A program made the translations under genes and the position numbers. Shown here piece by piece: positions 11,061-20,849 of a stretch of DNA of 47,553 nucleotides. Origin of the DNA: Methanomassiliicoccaceae archaeon (GTDB lineage Archaea > Thermoplasmatota > Thermoplasmata > Methanomassiliicoccales > Methanomethylophilaceae); the NCBI GenBank assembly GCA_016282555.1, contig JAEEKU010000101.1, positions 1 through 47,553 of the forward strand, written 5' to 3'. A model generated the notes under the pieces. That model worked only from the letters and a program-made list of their open reading frames with translations. It was not told the DNA's origin and searched no databases. How positions within the stretch are numbered: position 1 is the first letter of the stretch; the number at the start of each line of letters is the position of its first letter.

Positions 11061-11393
11061 TCGCCCTTTAAGATTTTCCAGAGCTTCCGGATTGTTTCCG
11101 GTTATCATTGAGATTATGTCACAGGCATCCAGATCGCCGCATTCGCCGCATGTCCCATAACCTCTGGATAATGCGCAACGGCGTATCTGGCACATGCTGC
11201 CGCAAAACGGGGTTTTTGCTCCCTCCGCGCGGCATCCCGTACAATTGATCATGTCCGGAGTTATAGGAACGCCGTTGAGCTCCGACCATTGCTCCGCGAC
11301 TTTCCTGCGCAGCGAATCGTCGTTATTCACGGTCGCGGCGCGCGCTTCGCATTTCCCGCAATCCAGCCCGCAGCATCCGATAAGAATGTTCAT
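11061..11393 (-). CDS. DUF3795-like Cys-rich protein (110 aa, ends at CGA)
   Basis: GCCGLDCGKC, CTGCR, CQIRRCA, TCGEC motifs. In-frame CGA at 11063-11061 follows ALENLKG. Confidence 0.75.
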
Positions 11394-11489
11394 GCGCGGA
11401 GACAGACGTTTCTGCTATGTAATCTCCCCGTCCCGGAAAAAAGGCGGATCGTACGGCAGATTCATTATTCCGGAACAGTTCCCGGGAAT

Positions 11490-12020
11490 ATGCACTCCAG
11501 GGTTCTGATCGTTGTCGACATGCAGAACGATTTCATCAAGGGTCCGCTGGGTAATCCGGAATGCCTCTCGGCGGTGCCGGCGGCGGCTGAAATCATCAGA
11601 AACGGCGGATACGACTTCATATACGTCACGGCGGACACCCATTACGAGGATTATCTCTCTACTCAGGAAGGGAAGAATCTGCCGGTGAAACACTGCATCT
11701 CGGGCACGGAAGGCTGGGAAATCGTTCCCGAAATCCGGAATGCGCTGGATTCCGCCGGCAATTACAGAATTATCATGAAAAACACCTTCGGCAGCGCGGA
11801 ACTCGGGAAAATACTGTCGCGGGAATGCCTCGCGGACTCCGAAGCGGATATTATCGGCGTGTGCACCGATATCTGCGTCGTAAGCAACGCTCTTATCGCC
11901 AAGAGCATGAATCCGGAGATGAGAATAACCGTTATATCCGGAGCCTGCGCCGGATCTTCCCCGGAAAAACACTACGCCGCATTGGAAACCATGAGATCGT
12001 GCCAGATCAGAACGGCGTAA
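11490..12020 (+). CDS. Isochorismatase/nicotinamidase family cysteine hydrolase
   Basis: LIVVDMQNDF, HCISGTEGW, KNTFGS, GVCTDICV; ATG at 11490. Confidence 0.88.
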   Translation: MHSRVLIVVDMQNDFIKGPLGNPECLSAVPAAAEIIRNGGYDFIYVTADTHYEDYLSTQEGKNLPVKHCISGTEGWEIVPEIRNALDSAGNYRIIMKNTFGSAELGKILSRECLADSEADIIGVCTDICVVSNALIAKSMNPEMRITVISGACAGSSPEKHYAALETMRSCQIRTA

Positions 12021-12037
12021 CGGCGGATCCGGAATAA

Positions 12038-12066
12038 TAAAAAAAATCCCCGGGAATCCCGGGGTT
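12038..12066 (-). terminator. Hairpin plus poly-U terminator between convergent genes
   Basis: CCCCGGGA-a-TCCCGGGG inverted repeat with an adjacent A-run (U-run on the minus strand). Confidence 0.6.
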
Positions 12067-12070
12067 CGCT

Positions 12071-13336
12071 TCAAAGAAGCTTTTTCACTTCGTCGAGTTC
12101 TTTCTGATAGACGGGTTTCTCCGCGGCGGCTTTCTTGAACAGTTCGGCTGATTTCTTGAGATCTTTACGGACTCCTTTTCCGTCGCGGTAGACGCGGGCC
12201 ATTCTGACTACGGCGGCGAGCTCGTTCTTTTTGAAGGCGGGCTCGATCACTTTAATCATTTCCTTATAAGCGTCCGGAGTTCCGACTTTCAGAAGAGTGT
12301 CGTAGAGATCCATGTCTGCGGCAGGAGTTTTCGCCTCGTACGCTTTTCTTCCCCACATCAGAGCGGTTTCGAGATCTTTGGGAACTCCTCTGCCCTCGCG
12401 GTAAGCGCGGCCGATACGCCTCATAGCCGCCCCGACGCCCTGTTCGGCGGGACCGCTCTCGACGGCGATCATCTCTTCGTACGCTTCAGGTGTTTTAAGG
12501 CTCCAGAGGACATCGAAAAGATGGTGCTTAGGCCAGATGAGCCCCGCATCGGAAAGGGTCCTCAGCCATTTCAGTCTGATCTGAACGTTGTCCGCGGCCT
12601 TGGCGGCGGGACGGTAATCGCGCTCCGAGATCAAAATAGCGTTGGGATCTCCTCTCGCCGCGAGCTCCGCGGTCGCGGAATAGGCATCGACCAGATTTCC
12701 TTCGGCGAGAGCCTCCTCGTACGCTTTCCTCAGCGCGGCGGTTCCGGCGAACGTGTCGGCCTGTATCGCGCTGATTTCGGAGACTGTCTCGGCAGTGATG
12801 CGGTCGATGGCGTTGCGGTCGCATTTGACCGTTATAACGTCGATCACCGATTTTATGTACTTTTTGATAACGGGAATGTAATGGAACGGCCTGCCGTCAG
12901 AGGAAATACAATCGAAGGGCATCGTGACGACATAGCAGTTGAGAGCGGACAGGAGCCTGAAGCAGAGCTCGTCGGAGAGCGGGCACGGAGCGGCGTCCCG
13001 GATCGCGTAGACCGCGGAATCCCCCATGCGGTAGGAACAGGGCTTCGCGGCGATAAGCACGATTTTTCTGTGCCAGTTCTTCTTAAGGAATTTGATGAAA
13101 TTTTCGATCTCGACGGAGATGTTCCCGGCGGATTCCACTCCGCAGAAGAAATAAGCGGTATCAATAACAATCCATTCCGCCTTGTCGGCCGCAATTGTTT
13201 CCATTTCCCCTTCGGAAATGTAGAAAGGATTGATTTTCAGCACCGAAGCTTTGATGTCGTAGCGGGCGCCGTGCCTGCATTTCAGAACCTCTTCCGTCAC
13301 CGGACTTCCGATAATGTTGAAACTCGTGTCTGCCAT
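12071..13336 (-). CDS. Sel1-like repeat (SLR) protein
   Basis: AMRRIGRAYREGRGVPKDLETALMW and VRMARVYRDGKGVRKDLKKSAELFKKAA Sel1 motifs. Confidence 0.8.
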   Translation of the reverse strand: MADTSFNIIGSPVTEEVLKCRHGARYDIKASVLKINPFYISEGEMETIAADKAEWIVIDTAYFFCGVESAGNISVEIENFIKFLKKNWHRKIVLIAAKPCSYRMGDSAVYAIRDAAPCPLSDELCFRLLSALNCYVVTMPFDCISSDGRPFHYIPVIKKYIKSVIDVITVKCDRNAIDRITAETVSEISAIQADTFAGTAALRKAYEEALAEGNLVDAYSATAELAARGDPNAILISERDYRPAAKAADNVQIRLKWLRTLSDAGLIWPKHHLFDVLWSLKTPEAYEEMIAVESGPAEQGVGAAMRRIGRAYREGRGVPKDLETALMWGRKAYEAKTPAADMDLYDTLLKVGTPDAYKEMIKVIEPAFKKNELAAVVRMARVYRDGKGVRKDLKKSAELFKKAAAEKPVYQKELDEVKKLL

Positions 13337-13513
13337 CAGAATTCCTCGGCTGTGAATAGATAAGATATTATTTTACAGTTGGCGTCCGTCTTCCGGACCG
13401 GCCTGAACACGCGGTTATCCCGCTGCAAAAAATACGGAACGGAATACTTCCTCGCCGGAACCGTACGACATTTTTTTATAATTGTATATGGAAACGCATC
13501 CGGATGGATGCAT

Positions 13514-14473
13514 ATGAACGACCTTAATCAGGAGACTGACGCCTCGGCGTGGGCCGATATTTCGCCGGAAGCCGTCCGCTGTTTCTCGGCGGCGAAGATC
13601 GATTATTCCGGAGAACCCGATCCGGAACTGCTTTCGCTGACCGACGGACTGTGCCTTTCGAAAAACGGGATCCTCACATACGCCGGAGCGCTGCTTCTGT
13701 GCCGCAGGCCTGAGCGTTATCTGGAGGGAGCATACGTGAAAATAGGTCTTTTCGACGGCGCCGGCTCGCTGGTGAAAGAGGATATCGTCAGAGGCCCGCT
13801 CATACTGCAGCCGAAGAACGCTGTGAGAAAACTCACCGGCGGGTACATCGGCACCAGGGTCGTTTACAAAAATATGTTCCTGGACACCTCGTACGAATAC
13901 CCGGTGGAGGGAATATCGGAGGCGGTGCTGAACGCGTGCGTCCACAGAGATATGTTCTCCGGATCCCCGGTGGAAATCAGAATAAGCCCGGATAAAATCT
14001 CGGTATGCAACGACGGCGGGCTCCCGGAAGGATGGGATGCCTGTTCGCTGTATTCCGAGCACAGATCCAGACCCCGCAACCCCCGCATAGCCGAAGCTTT
14101 TCACGAAGCGGGAATGATGGCCTGCTGGGGAAAGGGAATCGGGACTATTCTGGATTCCTGCGCCGGATCGTCCGTATCGGCGGAGTTTCTCCCCTCCCGC
14201 TCGTCGATGAGAGTCGTGTTCCGTCCGGCGGTTCAGGATTCCGCACCGGAGGAGATCCAGACCGGAGAACCTGCGGCGGTTCCGGATCTGGAGGATCGCA
14301 TTATAGGAATAATCGCCGAGGGGAGCCTGAGAACCGGTCCGGAGATATCCGGGGCCCTCGGAATCAACAGGCGCCAGTTCACCCGCGTCATGTCGAAGCT
14401 GATGAGCGACGGAACGGTGATCCGCGAGGGAAACAGGCGCAAGGGAAGATGGATAGTGGCGGGCAGGGAACGA
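13514..14473 (+). CDS. ATP-binding protein with RecG-C-terminal (HATPase_c_4-like) domain and C-terminal wHTH (ends at CGA)
   Basis: YPVEGISEAVLNACVHRD, ISVCNDGGLP, SRPRNPRIAEAF, WGKGI. The wHTH ends in REGNRRKGRWIV, the usual family C-terminus, and is followed by CGA at 14471-14473. Confidence 0.8.
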
Positions 14474-14482
14474 TCGCCCGGC

Positions 14483-15145
14483 TCGCTCCGTCTCCGAAAC
14501 AGATTTCAGAAGCGAACTGAAATAAGGCTCCGCCGAGACGAGATCGGGCTTGCGGCCGTACGATGCGAGCCTCTCCTCCGTCTCCCGGTTCATGACGGCG
14601 ATCTTCACATGCTCGTCCATATACAGGCGGGAGTTCTCCTTTCCGTATTTTTTCTCCAGGAATCCGTAGAGATAATCCGCGGATCCGGGAGACGTCAGCG
14701 CGATCCAGTCGATCTCCCCGCGTTTGATCGCGATCATAAGATGAAGGATCGGGCTCCCCATCCCCGCCGGGACCTCTTTGTAAACGGATGCCTCCTCCGG
14801 TTCGGCGCCGATCCCGAGTTCTCCCGCGGCCGGTTCCGGAACGGAGTCTATTCCGAATTTTGCCAGACAGAGGGATACGTTTCCCGGAGCGGAGACCCTG
14901 TGCCCCCTGAACATCGCCGGGAATGATTCCTTGAAATGATCGGAACATATCTCGACGGCCGTCGAAGTCATGAATCTGACCGGTCTGTCCGAGGCGACGG
15001 CGTCCGTTATCTTTATGAACTCCCTGTCGTCCCCTTTCAGAACGGTCACGTACGGTGCCGCCATTACTTCGAATCCCATGCCCTGGGCTTCCTTCACGGA
15101 ATCCAGAAGGCGCCTCGTGGTGCGCAAGAACCCTATTCTGATCAT
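14483..15145 (-). CDS. hemD: Uroporphyrinogen-III synthase-like protein (HemD-like, 220 aa, ends at CGA)
   Basis: FMTSTAV, IDWIALTSPGSA, IAVMNRETEERLASYGRKPDLVS. In-frame CGA at 14485-14483, with a second CGA at 14476-14474. Confidence 0.65.
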
Positions 15146-15188
15146 TCTATCGGGTGGTGAATTTCCGCAAGGTTTATAGTACTGCCCC

Positions 15189-15920
15189 TCGCACGATGTA
15201 ATCCCTTTTCCATGACAGATACTCCGCGATTCCCAGAAGATCGTCCATCACGTAGTCCAGAGGAATGTATTCGTCCGCTTCTCTGATCTCTGATCCGGAT
15301 ACCGATATTGCGCGGACGCGAAGAAACATATCCTCCGTTTCCGCTCTGATCCCGAGATTCTCATGCAGTCCAGAGAGCCTCGCTATGCCCCTCTCCGCGC
15401 CGGTCTCTATGCGGGAGGGGTTGTGGTTGATCTTTCTGCACAGTTCCGCGGTCTCGCGGTCGTCTTTTCTGCAGATTACGGAAACGGACCCCTGTCCGGG
15501 AGCCGGAAGGATGAGATCCGGATCGAGGATCTTTCCCCTGAAACCGGAAACTTCCGATTCCGGCACTATTACCGTCCCCTCGTCCGTCATGCCGGCGCAT
15601 TCGTCCGTAGTCAGAACGCTTATCTCCGACTCCGGAAACCTGATTTTGAGATATTCCGCGGCGAAAGGGACCGAAGTGAATATTCTGTCCTGAAAAACCT
15701 CGCCGGAAGAGACGTATCCGGAGGATTCCCTTCTGAGAACGGCCGCCACGGAGAGGTCCGGGCCGGTTACCGGGGGCACGCTGCGCAGAAACGATACGAA
15801 GACGTCCCCCTTCTCCAGAGCTCCCGGGAAAATCCCCGCGGGAACAGGATCCGCTTCGCGCATCGCGGAGAGAAACTTCTTCTCAGCCGCGCTCTCCCCG
15901 TAAGCCAGGAAATACCTCAT
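15189..15920 (-). CDS. Divergent porphobilinogen deaminase-like protein (HemC-like, probably non-catalytic; ends at CGA)
   Basis: LPAPGQGSVSVICR and AERGIAR match HemC motifs and the gene lies next to hemD. In-frame CGA at 15191-15189. Confidence 0.6.
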
Positions 15921-15961
15921 GCCTCCGGATCGCGACGCAGTATCTAAAACAATGGTAAAGG

Positions 15962-15990
15962 GGGGTCCGGGCCCTTTATCACCGGACCCC
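15962..15990. terminator. Stem-loop GGGGTCCGG...CCGGACCCC downstream of the surface protein gene
   Basis: 9-bp perfect inverted repeat in the intergenic region. Confidence 0.5.
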
Positions 15991-16088
15991 GTTTGTTAAG
16001 GTATGGTTTGACGGCCCGGAGGCCGCCGGCGCAGATGTTCAGATGTTCGTTCCCATACTGTTTTCGGATACGGTATTTGCACTCGTTG

Positions 16089-19000
16089 TCATGAGCGCCT
16101 GGACCTCAGGATCAGCACGATCGCGATTATGATGATCACAATCACGAGTATGATCAGGAGGATGTCTGTAATGGTGAGAGACTGGTCGGGCTCGACTATG
16201 GGCGCGGGCTCTTCCTCGAAGCTGAACTGAATCAGATAGGTTACAGTCTCTTTGTTGTCGGGGTTTCCGTCGAAGGTGAAGTCGTACGAGGACTGGCGGA
16301 CTCCGTTGACGATCATCGGGTTGTCGATGTATTCCTCGCTGTGTCCGTCAGCGTAAGTCATCTTCACTCTGTAGGTTCCGGCAGGCAGGTTGACAGGGGA
16401 CTCGTAGAGGTTGAGTCCGGACTTGTACAGCGTAAGGGGAACGACGGATCCGTCCGCGTTGACCTTACCGACCATGGGCGTGGCGGTCTCGTCGGCTGCG
16501 TACATCTTGAAGTTGAAGATATCGTAGACTGCGTTGAGCCAGACGGTATCGTAGGTTCCGTAGGGGCTGTACACTCTCGCGGCTGCGGCTTCGGCAGAAC
16601 TCGAAACTTCTTTGGTAGCTCTCCATCCGTTAACGTATGCGTTGTCCGCGGACGCGTAGATGCTGTCGATGTTGCGGTTCTTTCCGTCGACCTTGTCGGA
16701 GTATTTGCCGGGGTTGGCGTAAACGCTGAGGTAGTGGGTGTCGCCCTTGTAGTAATAGGTGTGGGCGAAGTCGCTGAAGGCTCCGTTGACCCTTACCGCG
16801 GGAGACACGTACGCGACTCCGCTGGAGGTAAGGCTGACTCCGGATCCGATGACGGGGACCTTGGACGCGGGCTCGATCGGGAGACCGAATATGCTCTCGT
16901 TGACTCCGGCGTAGATCTTGCTGGCGTAGAATTTGCCGTTCTCGGTCAGGACGCTTCCGTTGATGTAAACGGTACGGTACATGGTGAAAGTTCCGGCTCT
17001 GACGTCGACGGTTCCGTCGATGGTGGAGATTCCGTTGGAATCCAGAAGCCCGATGACGACGGTACCCTCGCTGGTGAAGGTTCCGGGAACGATAAGGTTG
17101 GATGCGGTGAAGTTGGATCCGGCTGCGGTGTAGATGTTACCGGATACAGCGACGGTTCCGTTCTCCTTGACGAATTCGGAACCTACTGCGACGAGAGATC
17201 CCTTGTTGGCGTTGAAGGTACCGTCCACGTTGAGATCCTTGAGGCATGCCCAGATGGAGTTCTCGGAAATGGTGAGGACTCCTCCGGAAGCGACGCTGGT
17301 GTTTCCGCTGACGATGCTTCCGCTGATCTTGTCGGTGGTTCCCATGACTGCGGTTCCGGAGACGTTGAGGTCGCCGGAGATCTGCACGTAGTTGATGATG
17401 CCGAGATCCAGTTTTCCGGAGACGTTGACGTCTTTCTTCACGATGAAGGACTCGGTCTTGCTGGAGTCGTCGGCTTCGACGGTGACGAGCTCTCCGGGAA
17501 CGTTAAGGATTCCGTTGACGGTAACCTTGACGCCGGTGTAGAGGACGAGCTTTCCGTTGATGGTGACGTTGTCTGCGGAGAGTTTGCATCCGGTTCCGAA
17601 CTCGGAGTTGCCGTTGACGGTGAAATCGCCGGCGAGGATGTCGGACGATCCGCTTCCGAGGTTGAGGTCTCCGACGACGGCGCTGGCCGCGGTTATGGAG
17701 GTCTTCTCTCCGGCGGAGAGGGAATCGGTGGCGAAATCGCTGCCCGCGCTGACGATCAGACTGTCGCCTGCGGTTCCGGACCTGATTACTATGCTGTTAT
17801 CCGCGATAAACGAGACTTCGTTTCCGGCTTCGAGCTCCGAGACGGCTATTCCGGTCGCCTGGACGGAGGCCCTGTCTCCGAGAACGAGTTTTCCGCTGGA
17901 GGAGAAAGCGCCCTCGCATATGATGGATGCGCCTTCGCCGGCGGAAGCGTTTCCGACGGTGATGTTCACGGCCTTGAGGGTCAGATCCTTTCCTGCATCG
18001 ATAAAGGAAAGCGAGGAAAGATCGGAAGTGAACGAGATGGAGGAAGAGTCCCCGACGACGATGTTTCCGCCGTTCATGGTTCCGATCACGATGATCGAGT
18101 TGTCTCCGCCGGTGATGGTTCCGTTTCCGGAAACGTTCTCGGCGGCGAGGGTCAGGACGGACGCGGCGGATATGGAGCCGTCTACGACGATCTCGGAGGC
18201 GAGGATCGAAAGATCGCCTTCGGATTCGACGGAACCGCCGGAAAGGACGGTGAGGTCTCCCATGTGTCCCGTCGCGACGTAGGTACCGCCGATGGTGAGA
18301 TCTCCGGTCACGACGTTGGGTGCGGTGACTCTGGCGCCTGCGGGTATGGTCGCGGGCTCGTAGAAAGTGAAAGCGTTGGCGAGAAGAACGTCCGCGTCTT
18401 CGGTGAACTTGACGGTGACTCCCTCGAGAACGGCGGAGTATACGGTCAGTTTTCCGGAGAATGTGACGGATGCACCGGGTTCGGCGGCGGAGATGTTGCC
18501 GCTGACTTCCGTGACTCCGTTCTCGGTGACGCAGGATCCTTTGGTGCCGTCGTAGGTGACGGCTCCCTCTCCCATCGCGATCTTGGCTTTCACGCAGGAT
18601 GCGTTTCCGGTGTCGAAAGTGAATCCGTCGAGGGTTATGGTTCCCGCTTTGAAGACGCTCTCGGACTGGATCACGATAGGCTTCACTGCGGACGAAACGA
18701 GGCTTACGTCTCCCTCTTCGATATCTCCGAAGATGTCGATGTTGTCGCCGATCCTCGGCTCTTTTCCCTGAATGAAGGAAAGGGGAGCGATGGTGTTGAC
18801 GTCGTCGAGAGTGAAGTACGCGCCCGCGATATCATCGGTGTAGGTGTTGAAAGGCGCGTCGAAGATGAACGATCCGTTGACGATGGTGGAACCGTTGGAG
18901 ATCAGGAAGTAACCGGGGTGGGCGTCGAGCAGTCCGTTGACGGTGAGCTTGGCTCCGTCGACAACTTCGACAGTGTTTCCGGAACCGATCCTGAGAGTGA

Positions 19001-20681
19001 CTCCTTCGGGAATGACGGTGTCCTCGGAGATGTAGACGTGGTTTCTCTTAAGGTAAATCACATCGCCGGACTGAGCCTCGGCGAGAGCCCTCTTGAGGTT
19101 GGTGAATTTGGTGGTTATTCCGGATTCCGCGACCACGTCGCTGTCCACGATCGCGATGTTCGTCTCGCTTGTGGGGGTGTTCTCCAGCAGGAGGGTGCCG
19201 TCGACTTTGATAGGCACGTTTCCGTTCCTGAATATTCCCCCGTCCTTGACGGTGACGGTAGCGTTCTTGGTAATGGTGATGGAATTCGCCTCGGTCATGT
19301 CGATGGTCCTTCCGCTGGGAATGATCGTATCGGTGTCGAAGACGATGTCTCCGTAGACCTTGATGTAATCGGCATCGGCGTCGAGAGCCTTGTCGAGGGT
19401 GGTGTAATAGTGATAGTTGTCCTTCATGTAATAGACAGCGTTGAGGGTAAGCCCTTCGTGCTCCGAAGACTTGATCACCAGAGGGACCGCGGTCTTCACG
19501 GTTCCGGTGACGGTCAGAGTACCGGTTCCCATTATGGGGGGCATTTCGGTGGACGCGATCATCGTAAGGTAACCGGAAACCATCATGGTTCCGCCCTCGG
19601 CGACGGCCACGAGCGCTTCTGCGGGGAAGACGATGTCCTCGGGGAAGAGAACCGTTCCCATGATTCCGATCGCCGAATCGACGGCGGCGGGGGTTCCCAC
19701 GACCGCGATTTCGGAAGCCCCGGGTTCGACTTTGACGGTGACTCCGGAAACGTTGAGCAGGGAAAGATCCGCATCGGTGATTCCGAACAGGGATGCTCCG
19801 GTGTATTTGACGCACTCGTAGGTGGAGCCGCCGGACATCCTGACGAAGGAGGCTACGGGACTGGAACTGTCGATTACGATAGCCTTGTTGTTCTGGATGG
19901 CACCGGAGAACGCTCCGTTGACGGTAATGGTACCGTTGTTAACCGCCCAGTAGGGTATGGTTTCGAAGTCCACGAAGTTTTCGATTCCGTTCTGGATGAG
20001 AACACCGGTCTCCTTGACGGAGAACTCCGCGCCGTCCTGGACGGTGAACGTGTCGTAAAGCACGTTTCCGTAGATTTCGACCGCGGAACCGGACTCGGCG
20101 GTGACGCCGTTCAGATAAGCCGCGGCTTCGGTGGATTTGAGGATGAGCTTTCCGCCGTTTTTGACGGTCATTCCGTTGATGATGGCGGAACCGTTTTCCT
20201 CGACGGTGAAAGTGCCGGTAAGTTCGGAAGAGGAACCGTCGGCGAGATAAACGGAATACGGACCGCTGGCCGAGACCGTTCCGCTGACGAAGAGAGAGGA
20301 TCCGCTGTCCACGCAGAACGTGGGCTGGATCTCGGTTCCGGCTTCGCTGACCACTGCACCGTTGATTCTGGCCTCTCCGGAATAGATCTCAACGTACGAG
20401 CCGCTCTTAAGAGTGAGAGTGACTCCCTCGTTGACGATGAACGTATTTTTTGCCACTATGAACTGGGTATCTTCAACGGCAAGATCTCCGTTCACGACTA
20501 TAACCTGGGATTCGCTCCCGATTATACTGGCATCAAGAGTACCGTGGATGTACAGGATCTTATCCTCATCCTCTGCGGAAACAGGGGATGCGGCGAAGCA
20601 TGCCACCACGATCGCCAATACGGCGATTACGGCAAGGAATCCGACCTTGCTCCTTAATGCATTTGATTTTTCGAACTCCAT
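16089..20681 (-). CDS. Large beta-rich adhesin-like surface protein (1530 aa) with signal peptide and C-terminal TM anchor
   Basis: N-terminal hydrophobic segment; G/T/V/S-rich beta-helix-like repeats; C-terminal ITDILLIILVIVIIIIAIVLILRSRRS. Confidence 0.8.
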   Translation of the reverse strand: MEFEKSNALRSKVGFLAVIAVLAIVVACFAASPVSAEDEDKILYIHGTLDASIIGSESQVIVVNGDLAVEDTQFIVAKNTFIVNEGVTLTLKSGSYVEIYSGEARINGAVVSEAGTEIQPTFCVDSGSSLFVSGTVSASGPYSVYLADGSSSELTGTFTVEENGSAIINGMTVKNGGKLILKSTEAAAYLNGVTAESGSAVEIYGNVLYDTFTVQDGAEFSVKETGVLIQNGIENFVDFETIPYWAVNNGTITVNGAFSGAIQNNKAIVIDSSSPVASFVRMSGGSTYECVKYTGASLFGITDADLSLLNVSGVTVKVEPGASEIAVVGTPAAVDSAIGIMGTVLFPEDIVFPAEALVAVAEGGTMMVSGYLTMIASTEMPPIMGTGTLTVTGTVKTAVPLVIKSSEHEGLTLNAVYYMKDNYHYYTTLDKALDADADYIKVYGDIVFDTDTIIPSGRTIDMTEANSITITKNATVTVKDGGIFRNGNVPIKVDGTLLLENTPTSETNIAIVDSDVVAESGITTKFTNLKRALAEAQSGDVIYLKRNHVYISEDTVIPEGVTLRIGSGNTVEVVDGAKLTVNGLLDAHPGYFLISNGSTIVNGSFIFDAPFNTYTDDIAGAYFTLDDVNTIAPLSFIQGKEPRIGDNIDIFGDIEEGDVSLVSSAVKPIVIQSESVFKAGTITLDGFTFDTGNASCVKAKIAMGEGAVTYDGTKGSCVTENGVTEVSGNISAAEPGASVTFSGKLTVYSAVLEGVTVKFTEDADVLLANAFTFYEPATIPAGARVTAPNVVTGDLTIGGTYVATGHMGDLTVLSGGSVESEGDLSILASEIVVDGSISAASVLTLAAENVSGNGTITGGDNSIIVIGTMNGGNIVVGDSSSISFTSDLSSLSFIDAGKDLTLKAVNITVGNASAGEGASIICEGAFSSSGKLVLGDRASVQATGIAVSELEAGNEVSFIADNSIVIRSGTAGDSLIVSAGSDFATDSLSAGEKTSITAASAVVGDLNLGSGSSDILAGDFTVNGNSEFGTGCKLSADNVTINGKLVLYTGVKVTVNGILNVPGELVTVEADDSSKTESFIVKKDVNVSGKLDLGIINYVQISGDLNVSGTAVMGTTDKISGSIVSGNTSVASGGVLTISENSIWACLKDLNVDGTFNANKGSLVAVGSEFVKENGTVAVSGNIYTAAGSNFTASNLIVPGTFTSEGTVVIGLLDSNGISTIDGTVDVRAGTFTMYRTVYINGSVLTENGKFYASKIYAGVNESIFGLPIEPASKVPVIGSGVSLTSSGVAYVSPAVRVNGAFSDFAHTYYYKGDTHYLSVYANPGKYSDKVDGKNRNIDSIYASADNAYVNGWRATKEVSSSAEAAAARVYSPYGTYDTVWLNAVYDIFNFKMYAADETATPMVGKVNADGSVVPLTLYKSGLNLYESPVNLPAGTYRVKMTYADGHSEEYIDNPMIVNGVRQSSYDFTFDGNPDNKETVTYLIQFSFEEEPAPIVEPDQSLTITDILLIILVIVIIIIAIVLILRSRRS

Positions 20682-20849
20682 AGAACATCTGCTCCTATGA
20701 ACCGGGTCTGAGCGCCCGGAGACTCCCGGATTCCGTCTCCGGAACCGGATGCCGCTTCCTCTTTCCCTTGCGGGCCAGAGACATCGCTAAGCATAGGGTG
20801 ATGTTGTTCTTGCTATTTATTTATTGTAAATATAGGAACGGAAAAACCG

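Noticed and set aside
8395-14476. CGATCG (PvuI-type site) at two gene junctions as a cloning or assembly scar
   Set aside because: The palindrome follows automatically from two convergent CGA codons, and the other terminal CGAs lie in different contexts (CGAGAA, CGAGGG, CGACCG, CGATAT, CGATGC).
13415-14926. Apparent 1.5-kb bidirectional overlapping gene pair
   Set aside because: Artefact of translating CGA as Arg; family similarity of both proteins ends at the CGA codons.
16341-20657. 1438-aa plus-strand ORF
   Set aside because: Antisense shadow of the 1530-aa surface protein, caused by codon bias; no recognisable motifs.
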